A DNA stretch of 64,000 nt. Origin: Azolla caroliniana. Its lineage: Eukaryota; Plantae; Polypodiophyta. A model generated the notes under the pieces. The model did not search any database. It saw only the letters and a list, made by a program, of their open reading frames with translations, and had not been told where the DNA came from. The stretch covers positions 13,268,001 through 13,332,000 of the forward strand of contig JBHGNT010000006.1 of assembly GCA_043228905.1 (NCBI GenBank). The letters run 5' to 3'. The position numbers and the translations under genes are program-made. Of this stretch, positions 1-12,376 are shown piece after piece; position 1 is the stretch's first letter; each line of letters begins with the position of its first letter.

Positions 1-1578
1 ACGATGACCTGATGTGGAGCCTCTAAGAAATGCCGCCATTGCACAAAGGAATCCACGATGGCTAATAACTCCTTGTCATGTATTTCGTAGTTGATTTCCG
101 CGGCATCGAATTTGCGTGAATGGAAAGCCACAAGATGTAACTCTTCTTTATCTCCTTGTTAAGAAAGGATGCTACCGAGGGCGAAATCCGATGCGTCGGC
201 CTCCATGATGAATGGTTTTTTTGTATCCACATGAGCTAGAATAGGAGCTAATGTAAAGGCTTTCTTAAGATGCCGAAAAACCATGTCTGCTTCATTGGAC
301 CAAAGAAATGCTTGTCCCTTCTTCGTAAGTTGTGTGAGAGGTAAAATAATCTTCGAGTAATCCTGTATAAACTTGCGGTAGAAGTTAGCAAAACCTAGAA
401 AACATTGTACATCTTGTACTGACCATGGAATTTGCCACTCTAGCACAGTTTGGACTTTAGCTGGATCCATGGCGATGCCCTTTGAGGAGATGACGTAACC
501 TAGAAATTCCACTTGCTTATAGTCAAAGCTACATTTTTCTACCTTGGCATAAAGACCATTCTCGCGGAGTCATTTTAGTACTAATAGTACATGAGAATCG
601 TGCTCTTCTTGGGTCTTCGAATAAATCAATAGATCATCCAGATAGATGATCAAACAAATATCCAAGAGGTCTCTGAATATATCATTTGCCATGTGTTGGA
701 AGACTGCGGATGCATTGGTTAGACCGAACGGCATAACAATATATTCGAAATGCCCATACCGTGTGCGAAAGGCAGTCTTCCATTCATCTCCTAGTCGGAT
801 CCGCACGAGGTTATATGCTCCTCGTAGATCGATTTTTGTAAAAAACTTGGCACCATTAACTCGCTCTAAAAGACTTGATATAAGAGGAAGTGCATACCTA
901 TTCCGAATGTTGACTTTATTCAAGCCGCGGTAGTCAACGACGAGAAGAAGTGAGCCATCTTTCTTCTTGACAAAGAAGATGGGTGCACTGGCCGGAGATT
1001 TCGAATGACGAATAAACCCGCTTGCCAAGTTCTCCTCTATGTAGGCTCGAAGGACTTCTAACTCGGTGGGTGACAAGTTGTAAATTGCTCCCCATGGTGG
1101 CTCTGTTCCTGGTTGTAAATCGATGGGACAATCATAGGGACGATGATGAGGAAGAGTATCGGTTTTTACCTTGTCAAATACATTGGCATAAGGATGATAT
1201 TTTGTTGAAAGTTGCACTAGGGATTCCTTCTTAATAGTGCTGGAAGGATGTATTGATATTGCAAATAGGAACATTGCCTCCTTGTGTCCTTCTTCGCGTA
1301 ATTATGTAATTCAAACCAAGGTAATCCCAAGACAATGGGATGCTCTGGACTACTAATTATATTAAATGATACTACACACACAAAACTACCTAGGACTCTT
1401 CTACAATATTCCCGGAAGCAATGGGACGACCATCAATGACTACTACAGATGTGGGGCAAGGAAGTTTTCTTAAGGATATCTGAGAAGCTTGGGCAAAATT
1501 TCGATCCATGAAACAGGAATTAGCTCTGGAATCTAGAAGTGCTAGGACGTGTACTGGGGGAGTACTTTTAGTACTAAC
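1..1578 (-). pseudogene. gypsy pol (protease-RT-RNase H), broken by stops and frameshifts
   Basis: ORFs 1390-1659, 570-1274 and 159-512 carry the PR, YLDD RT and RNase H motifs. Confidence 0.9.
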
Positions 1579-2224
1579 CATAGATTGACATATTCGCATT
1601 CGCGGGGGTTCCCATTCGAATACAAACGAATATGAATACGAATACGAATGGGTAGTCAAGTATTCGTTTAACCCACCCCCCCCCCAAAAAAAAAAAACTT
1701 TTGTTTTTAAAATTTCCTAAGATAAAAAAAAAGAACTTAACAATAAATAAGGATAATAAAAGAGTGACTTTGGGGACTTGACACTACTAAAATTTTATAA
1801 TAAATGTATAGTCGTTTTATTTTTAATAAATAAATAAAATAAAATAAAGGCTCATTAATTTCTCACTTTTTATTTCCTCAAATTTTATGGATATTTTTAT
1901 CTTGACATTAAAAATGGTACTTCAAACTAATCATATCTTCAAAGTTCATACTAATAATATTTGTATAATAAATATAAAAATATTCTTTTTAAAAAAATTA
2001 ATTAATTAAAATAAGTTTCATAAACTCTCTTGACACTATAATCTATTAATGAATAATTGTTTTTTTTTGGTGAAATACATTTATTTAAATAAATAAATAA
2101 TTTTTTATATTTATTTTACAAAACGAATGGTTTTTTAATATTCTTGGGGCCATTTTGTATTCTCGAATATTGAGAATATTGCGCATGGAGAATATCACGA
2201 ATATCACGCATGTGTCAATCTATG
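1579..2224. mobile_element. Non-autonomous hAT-type MITE (646 bp)
   Basis: 12-bp TIR CATAGATTGACA / TGTCAATCTATG, perfect 8-bp TSD GTACTAAC (1571-1578, 2225-2232), subterminal GAATAY repeats, AT-rich non-coding interior. Confidence 0.9.
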
Positions 2225-2519
2225 GTACTAACCATGACTTGGGCTAGGAACACATTGCTAACTTGCTTGGAGGGAATGGAACCACTAATGGGTTGAACAG
2301 ATCTAGGGTTGTCCAACCAAACAGCTCCTATTTTGGCTGGACTCAATCGTTTAACTCTTCATCTAATTGACTCAGGATTTCAGATTTGTTTGAGATACTT
2401 GGGCTATTGGTACTATTAATACTATCAGACACTCTATTAGTACTATTAATACTATCAGATACTCCTAAGGGAAGAATTGACTCGGGTTTAGTACAGACTA
2501 CGATTGGATTTACCTATCT

Positions 2520-3290
2520 TCATGGCCTATGGGGACAATTGATTGCGATATGCCCTAGTCCACCGCAATAAAGACATAATCGATTTGCACGTCGTCACCA
2601 ATAACGGGCCACATCGACGTATGGTGTCGATCTCCATCGGTGCCGGAGTATTTGCTTGAGGTACGTCGCGTGCAAACGGTTTAGCCACGACTGAGGTGTA
2701 AGTGGGCTCAAGCCTAGGGCGTGGTATTTGTAATTGACGTTCCGAACGCCGTTCGAAAAGGCGATTGTCGCATCGGACCACTCGACTGATTGCCTCCGTA
2801 AGAGACTTTGGTTCTTCGGGGAAGGTTAAAAGTAAATATTTGATATCGTTTCGCAAGCCGTAGCGAAACTACTCCATTAGTGCCTGATCATCCCAGGGGA
2901 TATCTGAGGCAAGTAGACGGAAATCTGCCGCATAGACAGAGGCTGGACAATTGCCTTGACGCAGTCGTCGAATTTTGTTGATCGTCATCCGGATGTTGTC
3001 GGTATCTCCAAAGTAGGCTTTAAACTCACTAACAAAGTCTTCAAAGTTATTAAGAAAGGGCGATTGTTTTTCTAGAAGCAGAGCGAACCATGCCAAGGCT
3101 GAGCCACTAAGCAACGTGCGTATTAGGCTAACTCAGGATGTATCAGTGGGGTATCGGGAAGGATGCATTTGGATGACTAAGCGTACCTGATTAAGGAATC
3201 CCCTGGATTGTGATCGTGTTCTATCAAATTTCATAGGAAGTCCAATCTTGGGCTCTTTATGAAATCCTTGGGGACTTGATCCTTGTTATT
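2520..3290 (-). pseudogene. gypsy gag (capsid + CCHC knuckle), disrupted
   Basis: ORFs 2869-3114 and 2527-2856, PMEID motif, CLYCGGLGHIAINC; 30-bp tandem duplication just downstream (2404-2463). Confidence 0.85.
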
Positions 3291-3936
3291 GCAACACTGC
3301 TTCGAGTTGTTGTACCCGTAACGCTAACTCCCCATGTTGTTGCTGCGTTTGTTGTTTTTCGAGAGCAATTTATTGCAGATCCCCTATCAACCATTGGTTT
3401 TCTTGTTCCAAGGAAACAAAATTTTCTTTTAGACACTATAGCTCGGAGAAAACGGATTGATATTCTTGGGCGCTAACAGTAGCCATAGTATAGGAAAAAG
3501 GGTAGGAGGATGAGGAAAAACGACAAGTAGACTTGAGGAAAATTTGGTTCAAACTATCAGGAATAGTACTAAAACAGAGAGAGAATTAGTATTGGAAAAG
3601 GGAAGTACTATTAGTACTAAGAGGACGGGACTATGTAAGACCCCCGAGAGAGGAAGAGAGAAGAAGAGAGAGAGAGAGAGAGAGAGATAGCAAGGATGAG
3701 AGACAGAGAGAGAGATGATGATAACAGAGGATATATTATGTGAAGAGTAAGTACAAAAGGGCTATGAGGCTTGAGACTGGCGTTGAACCAATTTGGTTCA
3801 AAATAATGCCTAGTGCCTTCCTTTATCGTGTTCTCAGGAGTAATCTTGAAGCTTCTAGAATGTTCTAGAGAAATCTGGAATATACATTAATTTCCTATAA
3901 TAAAACTTAAATGAAAATAATATCCTATGTATTACA

Positions 3937-4000
3937 ATAGATGATATAATGGTCAAGAGCTCGACCCATATAACATAAGGTCATGGGTTCGAGTCTTTCC
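3937..4000 (+). other. Degenerate tRNA-like / SINE-head sequence
   Basis: A-box-like TGATATAATGG (3942-3952) and B-box-like GGTTCGAGTCT (3986-3996) at tRNA spacing; no intact cloverleaf. Confidence 0.4.
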
Positions 4001-4009
4001 ATATCATGA

Positions 4010-4262
4010 CATTCAGAAGCCTTATCTACTTGACCATCACTCGGTTGGACCTCAGCTATCCAATCGGATTGATTAGTCAATTCATGACACAGCCAAAGAC
4101 CGAACACCTTCACTACGCGCAAAAGATATTGTGATATTGTATTTGACTAGGGTAGTCGATGAGTTGGTCAGCTACACAGATGCCGATTGGGCCGGAAATG
4201 CCGGTGATCGCAGGTCAACATCAGGTTTTGCGTTCTCATTGTGAAGCGTTAGGATCACCTGG
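4010..4262 (+). pseudogene. Ty1/copia RT C-terminus/RNase H fragment (element A0, + strand)
   Basis: Translates as LIYLTITRLDLSYPIGLISQFM...YTDADWAGNAGDRRSTSGFAFSL. Confidence 0.85.
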
Positions 4263-6518
4263 CAGTACCACATGAACCGTCGTCATCTTCGCTACCGGAG
4301 CGAAGGTCTCGTCGTAGTCGATTTTGTGGGTCTATGTGTATCCCTTTGTCACTAACCGAGCCTTGCACCGGTTGACTGAACCTTCAGCATTATACTTCAC
4401 CTTATATACCCATTAGCAACCGATCGGTTTACATTGTCAGGGAGGGTCAAACAAGTCCCATGTGTCATTGGCATCAAGTGCCTGCATTTCTTCCTCCATA
4501 GCAGCACACCAATTTGCGTCTTTTGCTGCTTTTGTGTAGCTCTCCGACTCACGCACTTCCGCCACTTTAGTCATGTACGCATAGTGATGCGCCATGTACT
4601 CATTGTATCCGTACCTCTAGACGGGGTTCTTTTGGCGGGTTGAGCGGCATAAATTTTCATTAGCCAGTTTGAGGCCCTTCTTGGCCGGTTTGGACTTCCT
4701 TTTTGAAGATCCGCCTTCTTCCTTTCTGGGGTCAGATTTGGTCCGATCCGACCCTTCACTGCTGGTATCGTATTCCGACATCTTCTTCTTCCCCTTCTCT
4801 TTGCGCGTGAAACGTCTCCTCGGTTCCTTACGTAGGGAGAGCACGGTAGAGTCTCCACTACTCACCAGTTCTTCATCCGATTGGTCATCTCGACTCAGTC
4901 ACTCATATGGCCCACTTAGCCAGAATGAGATTGGACTCTCATCTAGAGTGCTGACACCTTCATCTTCTTGTTGAACCTCTCCGTGTTCACTAGCCTCATT
5001 CTCCGGAATCGGGTCTTCGTCGGGAGTTGGAGTTGGTAGGGAGTACCATGATGCCGACTCATCAAACTCGACATCTCGACTTACTTGTACCTATTAAGTC
5101 CGGGGGTTATAACACTTATACCCCTTCTGTTCATGTGAGTAGTCGACGAGTATGCACTTCTTTGATTTCGGATCCAGCTTCCTCCGCTTCTCATCTGGTA
5201 CATGCACATATGCTATGCTACCGAATATCCGAAGGTGTCTCAAATTCGGCTTCTGCCCGAAATACAGCTCATGTGTTGACACCTTGTCCCCGATCCAGTT
5301 TTGGATGTAGACAATCGTCCGGACCGCCTCAGCCCAGTAGAATTTGGGCACACTCTTCTCCTCCAGCATTGCCCTTGCCACGTCGACAATCGACTGGTTC
5401 TTTCTTTCAACCACATCATTTTGTTTTGGTGTATATCAGCAGCTGAACTCTCTTTGAATTCCTTTTTGTTGTAGATAACTATTGAATTGGCCGGAAAAGT
5501 ATTCTTTTCGGCCATCCAACTACAGGCACTTTATCTTCCTCTCCGTTTCCCTTTCGACTAAGCTTTGAAGGTTCCAGAAACAGTCGAAGACTTCACTTTT
5601 CTTCTTGATGAGGTAGACCCACATGTGCCGGCTATAGTCGTCGATGAAGATGATGAAATACCAACTCCCGCCAAGACTAATGTTCTGTGTTGTTTCCCAT
5701 ACATCCGAATTGATTAGATCGAGCTTGTTGCGGCTCCGGTTTCGTTCGGTGGGGAATGGAATCCAGTGTTGCTTCTCGTGTTGGCAAGCTTCACATATTT
5801 GGGCCTTCCAGGCACTAAACTTCGGCAATCCGAACACAACTTGTTTCGATTGCAGATCTTGAAGCCTCCCGTAGTTGACGTGGCCAATCCGCTTATACCA
5901 AAGATCGATGTCCGATTCAATCTTCTGCCCTTTGGCAAACATGGCGGTGCCGACGTCATTTGTGTTGAGGATGAACATCCTCCCTTCTCTGAGCCCTTGC
6001 GCGATTATCCGGCCTTCTTCCTCGATGAAGCACCCGAGGTGCATAAACTGCACCTGCATTCCCTGGTCGACGATTTGTCCGACCGACACCAGGTTCTTTG
6101 TGATTTTCGGAACGTGTAGTACGTTCATCAACTTTCCCTTTTGTCCAACATGGCTTAAAGGGACTTCTCCGACATGCACAATCGGGTGAGGGGTGTCGTC
6201 TCCGGTTTCGACGATTCCTTGTTGTTCCGGTTTCTCCAAAAACGAGAACCACTCTTCGTGGCTCGTCATCTGGTTTGATACTACGGAATCAACATATCAT
6301 ACTTCATCCGATCCGAAAGTGTTCTTCTTCATCGAGTTCACCTTGTGCTTCATCGCGAAGACTAGCCCTTTTCCGGATCCTTCCAATCCTTCTGTGTAGT
6401 GCAAGCTTTGTCGGTTTCCTTGTCTAGCCTTGCCGGATCCGGATTTATCCAAATCGGCACGCTTCTTCCAACACTCGCTCTCTTTGTGGCCTTTCTTGCC
6501 ACAGTACCAGCATTCCAT

Positions 6519-7603
6519 CATCGTGAAGATCCGTCACTAGGTGCGGATCGTGAGGCGGAACCATCGGGGTCATGGACCAGAAGGATTCGAAGTTTGCACT
6601 AGCTTTAGTGAGAAAGTATTTAAGATAGATTGAAAGAGAGAGAGATTAAGATAAAGATTGAACGCTTGGCTTTAGATTTGAGAGACAAGATATATCAATA
6701 GGTTAACGAGTTTTCTTATTATTTTCCCCAAAATTTACATTCCAAATTTTTTTTACCTTAGTTCCACTTGCTTGATTCCTCCGTTCTTTTATAGATGCCC
6801 CCATGCATATGGTGCATGTGAGTGTGCAAGACATGCACAGAATGCATGAAATGCATGCTTGCCATGTCATCATCTAAGCTCTCATGTATGAGAATTACAT
6901 GTAAAACTATAGTGATAAAAAATATATCCCTAAAGAAATGATTTGGCTTAATGGTAAGCCTATAACTCTCAATTTGGAGGTGCAATGTTCAAGTCTTGCT
7001 TACATCCCTTTTTAAAGCACAAAATGCTATTAGGCTTTTGGTCTTGTAATTACACCAAATATCTTTAAGACACCATGCACCGCGATCAATCGATCCGTCC
7101 GATTTGCACCCATTTGATCCACATCCCTAGCCGGTTTCGTCACTGGTCGGTCACCGGTTGCAGCCGGTCCGGTTTTGGTTGGCCAAAACCTTTGCAAGTA
7201 GTTAAGCCACCCCCATTCATTTGATTAACTTAGTTCAAGTCACCTTGAACTCTCTATGCTCCACACATAGACACAAAATAATAGCTTTTGGCTTTGCTTT
7301 ATATATTATAGGATCCTTGTTTGTCCTATCTATGTGGGACATCTCGCAGGTTTGTTTTTCTTTTCTTTTCTTTTCTTTTTTCGCAACTTCATACCCACAT
7401 AACTTCACACTTAGTTGACTGTTTGTTATGTAGCAAAGTGCATTCAAAAGCTCTTCAAGACCTCCATCTTTTTGTACCAAGATATTAAACTTATTTAAAA
7501 TAGTATCTTCACTATTGTTGTTTTATATTTTGTGAGAAAAAACCACACTCGATTTCGTATGTTCCTCACAAGTTTCACACTATCGTTGAAAATCTTCACG
7601 ACA
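6519..7603. mobile_element. Solo-LTR-like insertion (1085 bp) in A1 gag
   Basis: Termini CATCGTGAAGAT...ATCTTCACGACA, 4-bp TSD CCAT (6515-6518, 7604-7607); removing it restores RQSKTDMECWYC. Confidence 0.75.
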
Positions 7604-7894
7604 CCATGTCGGTTTTCGACTGCCGGTTTCCGGCTCCGACTTGACTCCCCTTGCTTGTGGAGGGTCTAGAACTATTGTCAGCACCGTCTCTGTGCCTCCG
7701 ATTCTGCTCTTGCCGACCGCCTCCGTGTACAGCATCCGTCTGTCCGATTGAGTGGTCCACGACCCACTCGCATGGTTTTCTACGACCATCAACATAGATG
7801 GTAAGTCGAAGAAGGACGGTGGCTTCTCCCGAGTGCAAGATTCCATCCGGATTGGCTCGTACCGTTCTACTAGACCACCAAGACAGATCTAGAT

Positions 7895-10800
7895 TATTAT
7901 AGATCTAAGTACTAAAGTAAGCTTAAGATAAGGATAAAGTAATAATAAATAGAAAGGAGAAAGAGAAAGAAGGGTGTTGATCCACCTGACCACCCCCGAG
8001 CGAAGGGATCGAGACGGACTCGAGCCTCGATCGGCGTCCCATTCCACCGCCGTGGCGTCGAGTCGTACCTGGTGCTGGCGCGCTCGCTACAAGAGTTGAC
8101 CCACCACACGAGCAGAGTCTCGATGTAGTCAAAAGATGATCAAATGAGGGTAGCTAGGCCTCTTATTTATAGCGATACCCAAGGCCCCCAGGAAAGTTCA
8201 CACTTGACCTAATGGGTTGTCTCAATCCCGAGGATTAAAAGTAATCCTCCCCTTCTTTACACTCTCGTTTAACCCTCACACTTATCCTCTTTAAAACATT
8301 GCACTCTTGCAATGGAAAGTTAGGGAAGTTAGTTCTAAGAGTATTTTCGCGTTCTCATGTGGCATCTTTTGTTGATTTATCCATCCATTTTATTTTAAAT
8401 TCTCGGATTTCTTTAATACGTAATTTTTTGTTTTAACATCGAGAATTCTTTCTGGTACATGTGCCCTCTTTCTTTTTAACCAAGAGAACTGGTGCACCCC
8501 ATGGAGATTTACTATAACGTATATAACCCATTCGTAAATAGTCCTTGAGTTGCTTAGATACCTCATCTTCTTCGGATCGACTTAAGCGATACGGAGGTAT
8601 ACTTATTGGTGCAACACCATGTACAATATCTATACGATGGTCTATATTACATTTAGGAGGTAACCCATCAGGTAGTTCACTTGGAAAAACATCATGAAAA
8701 TCATTTAAGATTTCATCTAGTTGTTGTTGTTCAAAATATGATAATTGAACCGGGACATTATCGATATTGTAAACATGAATGTCCGGATCAAGTACACAAT
8801 AAAATAACGTAGAACAAGACAACTCGGATATTGATGGACACGAGGAAACAATCGAGAGGGATTGTTTTTTTACACATTGAATAAATTGCGTACAATCGTT
8901 CAGTACAAAAGAAATGGAATGGCGAACCCAATCAATAAATAAAGAAGAGTTTTTATTATAAAACCATGGATAACCCAGTATTACATCGGTGTTACAAAGA
9001 TTCATTACATGGAAGTCTACTTCCTCTATATAAGTATCAATAGAAATTCCTAATGAATGAATCGCCCCGTTGATGTATTGTACTCTTCCATCAGCCAAGT
9101 GCACCGTGTAGGTGTGATCACTTACGGTGGGTTGGATTCCCCATATCTGAACCAAACGATCATTCACAAAATTGTGTGAGCTTCCCGAATCAAATAAAAA
9201 TTGTATGGGAGATCCATTGATATACCCATTTGCACGTAGTAAATCATTGGGACCCAATACATAGTAAGGGAAAGAACACTGACAATTACTTAAATGATGT
9301 GTATAGACCTGAAGGACATTAGGAATCTGACCTTTATGGTCTGCAGCTTTAGCTTTGTTGTCGTGCTCTTTCCGTTGGAGCTTTCGACATTGATCTTTTG
9401 TATGACCCTTCTTTTTGCAGAATACACAAAAAGGATGTTGTCGCTTACAATCGCGATCCAGGAATTCGTTGGGTGTCTTGCGTTTCCCAACAAATTGGGA
9501 CTGCTTAGTCCCGGGCGCTTCCTTGGGTTTGTTATGGTCCTTCTTCGAAGTGCGTTGATAGCGAAGAACTATTTCAACGGCCTCTTCGAAGGATTTTGGA
9601 TCCTTATCGTGCATTATCCAGTGATAGTCCGAATTGGGGATGCCATTGACAAAACAAGCTATCAACCAATTGTCCCCTTCTAGACCCGATTTTTGGATTT
9701 GGGTTCTAGCATGGTGAACATAGTCTTCTAGCAAGGAAAATTTCCTGCTAGAGAGGTTCATTAAAGCTTGTGTTGCCTCGGTTCGAGAGGGAGGTTGCAG
9801 AAATTGGCCCCTTAAAAACCGTGACAAAATCTGTCCAGGTATCGGGCAATTTCCCCATAATACAGAGCCCACGCCACCAGGCGGCGGCCTTACCCCCGAG
9901 TTCTCGGCCGACATATGCAATCTTCGTACTATCTGGCGTGGGATAGAGCTCAAAATGAGACTCCCATCGTCCCAGCCATGTGCAGATTGCTTCTTCGGTT
10001 CTTTCCTTTTTGTCTCTCGTAAATGGCTTAACGACAAATGATGGTTCACCTTGTCGCTCATCAAGTCTATTAGTCTCACGTTGTAGACTAATGACACGTG
10101 CCTCAAGAGCACTCTGAGATTGCCGAAGTTCGGTCATCTGTTGATCGGTGAAACTAAGGTATTGGGTTATTTGTGCCAAATACATCTCAGTGGACATTTG
10201 TCCAGGAGGATTCCCTTGAGTTCCTTCCGCTTGAGCGGATGACATGGGGTCGTTAATTTGAGCCATTAAAGATTATTTCTGGAAAAGAAATAGGACAAGG
10301 TCAGAGATATAGTCATAACATCATGTCATGATGTAAACATATCATGGGCGAGCATTAATCGATATCATTATCTCACGTCAATACCCCTCTAGACGTATGA
10401 GATGAGGTTCAAGATCAGGTTACTATGGTAACACAAAGGTGTTTTAAAAACCATGGGGGTGACAAATAAATGTCTTTCCCTGATCTCTATATCGATTTTT
10501 TATGGTGGCTCCCCGAGGCTCAACCATGTATGTTCGCGTCATGAATTGTTTATACACGAAAAAAATGTTAATAATAAACTATGTTTCGGTGCCCACATAT
10601 GTGGTTTCGGCTCTTTAAGTCCTATTACGAGGACCCCAAGGTGCACTTAGACCTTAAGTCTAAACATGTGTTATAGTCATATGTATCAAGGATGTTGTAT
10701 GGTCTTGGTCATATTTGAACACTTGAGCCAACCAAGTAAGTTGCTCTTGTCGAATGCTTAATGTTTGATGCGTATAAGAGATATGCGAGGCAATTGATCA

Positions 10801-12376
10801 TATATGTTTTTTTTTTAAAAGAACATATATGTCAAGGGTCCTTATTTCGCCCTCATTTACCAAAACTATGTTGGTACGTTACCTAACCTCAAGTCTCGTA
10901 ATTACGATGGCATACGCCAAAGTGCAACCTAATGGTCAAGCCAAATAATCCCTTGTTTCGTAGTAGGCTCACGTGGGCCATCACATGGTCACGTCATTAC
11001 GAATGCCTCTCGTAAGAACGAGCTCATGGTGGCATCGTATCCATGTAACGAGGGAGGGATGTTGGATACGTGCGTCATTGGAGCGACCTCACTTGAAGTG
11101 GGTCAAGCCCTACGTACTCAACATCATTTTGGCTATTGGCGTTTCTTTACGTAACGAAATCGAGGTCGTCAACGGGGTTATCAACAATAAAAAAATGTTG
11201 AAAAAGGGATGGTGACAACGCCATTCTCACAAAAATGTGAGGACGGCCACCAACATCCTTTTCCCGACAAGGACAACTTTCGATATAATCACGTAATAAC
11301 GAATATACACATATGTTTACTTATCACATATATACGATCAAATACGTATATATGTCACCACATATGCCTATATTAAACATATCGTTATATTAAATAGCCA
11401 CAAATGATGTGATCGAGATACGTAATCGAGGTATATACCTCTACGCACACAAAACATCCACAAATAAGAGATCATCGTAGTACACAATTGAGGTATTGAC
11501 CTCTTACGCATACGAGACCAACCGCATATCGTTTACAACAAATCAACAACTCATACGCAAACATAACATATGTTCGTGAACGTAATACGTAATTGAGGTA
11601 TTAACCTCGTATGCATACGACACTCATCACATATTATTAATATGTCAAACGAGGTATTGACCTCGTGCACATATGTAAACGTTTTAGATAATCAATTAAA
11701 GACCACTACAATATCATTGACTTAATGAAAAAAACTACATATAAACTAAACACATGATTAGATGGGAGAAGAGAGAATAGAAAGAAAAATTATGGAAAGA
11801 GTTACCGAAGTTCTTTGCTGATCGTTGTCTGGATCAAGGCCGACCGCACATTGATCGATCAGCATCAATCAAAAGACAAATGAAAAACAAAGAAACATTA
11901 GTACGTAAATCTGATACCAAATCTTATAGATCTAAGTACTAAAGTAAGCTTAAGATAAGGATAAAGTAATAATAAATAGAAAGGAGAAAGAGAAAGAAGG
12001 GTGCCGATCCACCCGACCACCCCCGAGCGAAGGGATCGAGACGGACTCGAGCCTCGATCGGCGTCCCATTCCACCGCCGTGGCGTCGAGTCGTACCTGGT
12101 GCTGGCGCACTCGCTACAAGAGTTGACCCACCACACGAGCAAAGTCTCGATGTAGTCAAAAGATGATCAAATGAGGGTAGCTAGGCCTCTTATTTATAGC
12201 GATACCCAAGGCCCCCAGGCAAGTTCACACTTGACCAAATGGGTTGTCTCAATCCCGAGGATTAAAAGTAATCCTCCCCTTCTTTACACTCTTGTTTAAC
12301 CCTCACACTTATCCACGTGTATAGAATACTACGGTAAATTCTTACCACGAGATATTATATGGTCATGCCCGTAACA
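7895..12376 (-). mobile_element. Ty3/gypsy element B, internally deleted (gag-PR-RT start only)
   Basis: LTRs 11922-12376 and 7895-8287 (the latter lacks its inner ~62 bp); TSD TAGAT (7890-7894, 12377-12381); PBS TGGTATCAGAT 11909-11919; ~1.6-kb 5' UTR. Confidence 0.9.
8433..10266 (-). pseudogene. gypsy B gag-protease-RT N-terminus (one frameshift near 9810; truncated after SPWGAPVLLVKKKEG)
   Basis: ORFs 9748-10266 and 8433-10112: KAAAWW capsid, CVFCKKKGHTKDQC, LFDSGSSHNFV, DVILGYPW, IDHRIDI. Confidence 0.9.

Larger units (their letters stand above)
1..3936 (-). mobile_element. Ty3/gypsy LTR retrotransposon, Tcn1/sushi-like (degenerate; 3' part lies outside the window)
   Basis: 5' LTR 3634-3936 (TGTAA...TTACA, AG microsatellite); gag EPKIGLPMKFD...LLSGSALAWF and knuckle LCLYCGGLGHIAINCP (~2520-3290); protease ALLDSRANSCF; [10 protein letters not shown]...[10 protein letters not shown] (570-1274); RNase H EADASDFALG...[11 protein letters not shown] (1-512). 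Lineage call is from remembered resemblance. Confidence 0.9.

Noticed and set aside
9800-9825. Programmed frameshift in gypsy B gag
   Set aside because: It falls mid-capsid, not at the gag-pol boundary, and GTTTTTAAG is not a full X XXY YYZ heptamer. More likely a 1-bp indel.
11425-11668. CRISPR-like array
   Set aside because: Repeats are only 14 bp, spacing is irregular, there are no cas genes, and it lies inside a eukaryotic retrotransposon UTR.
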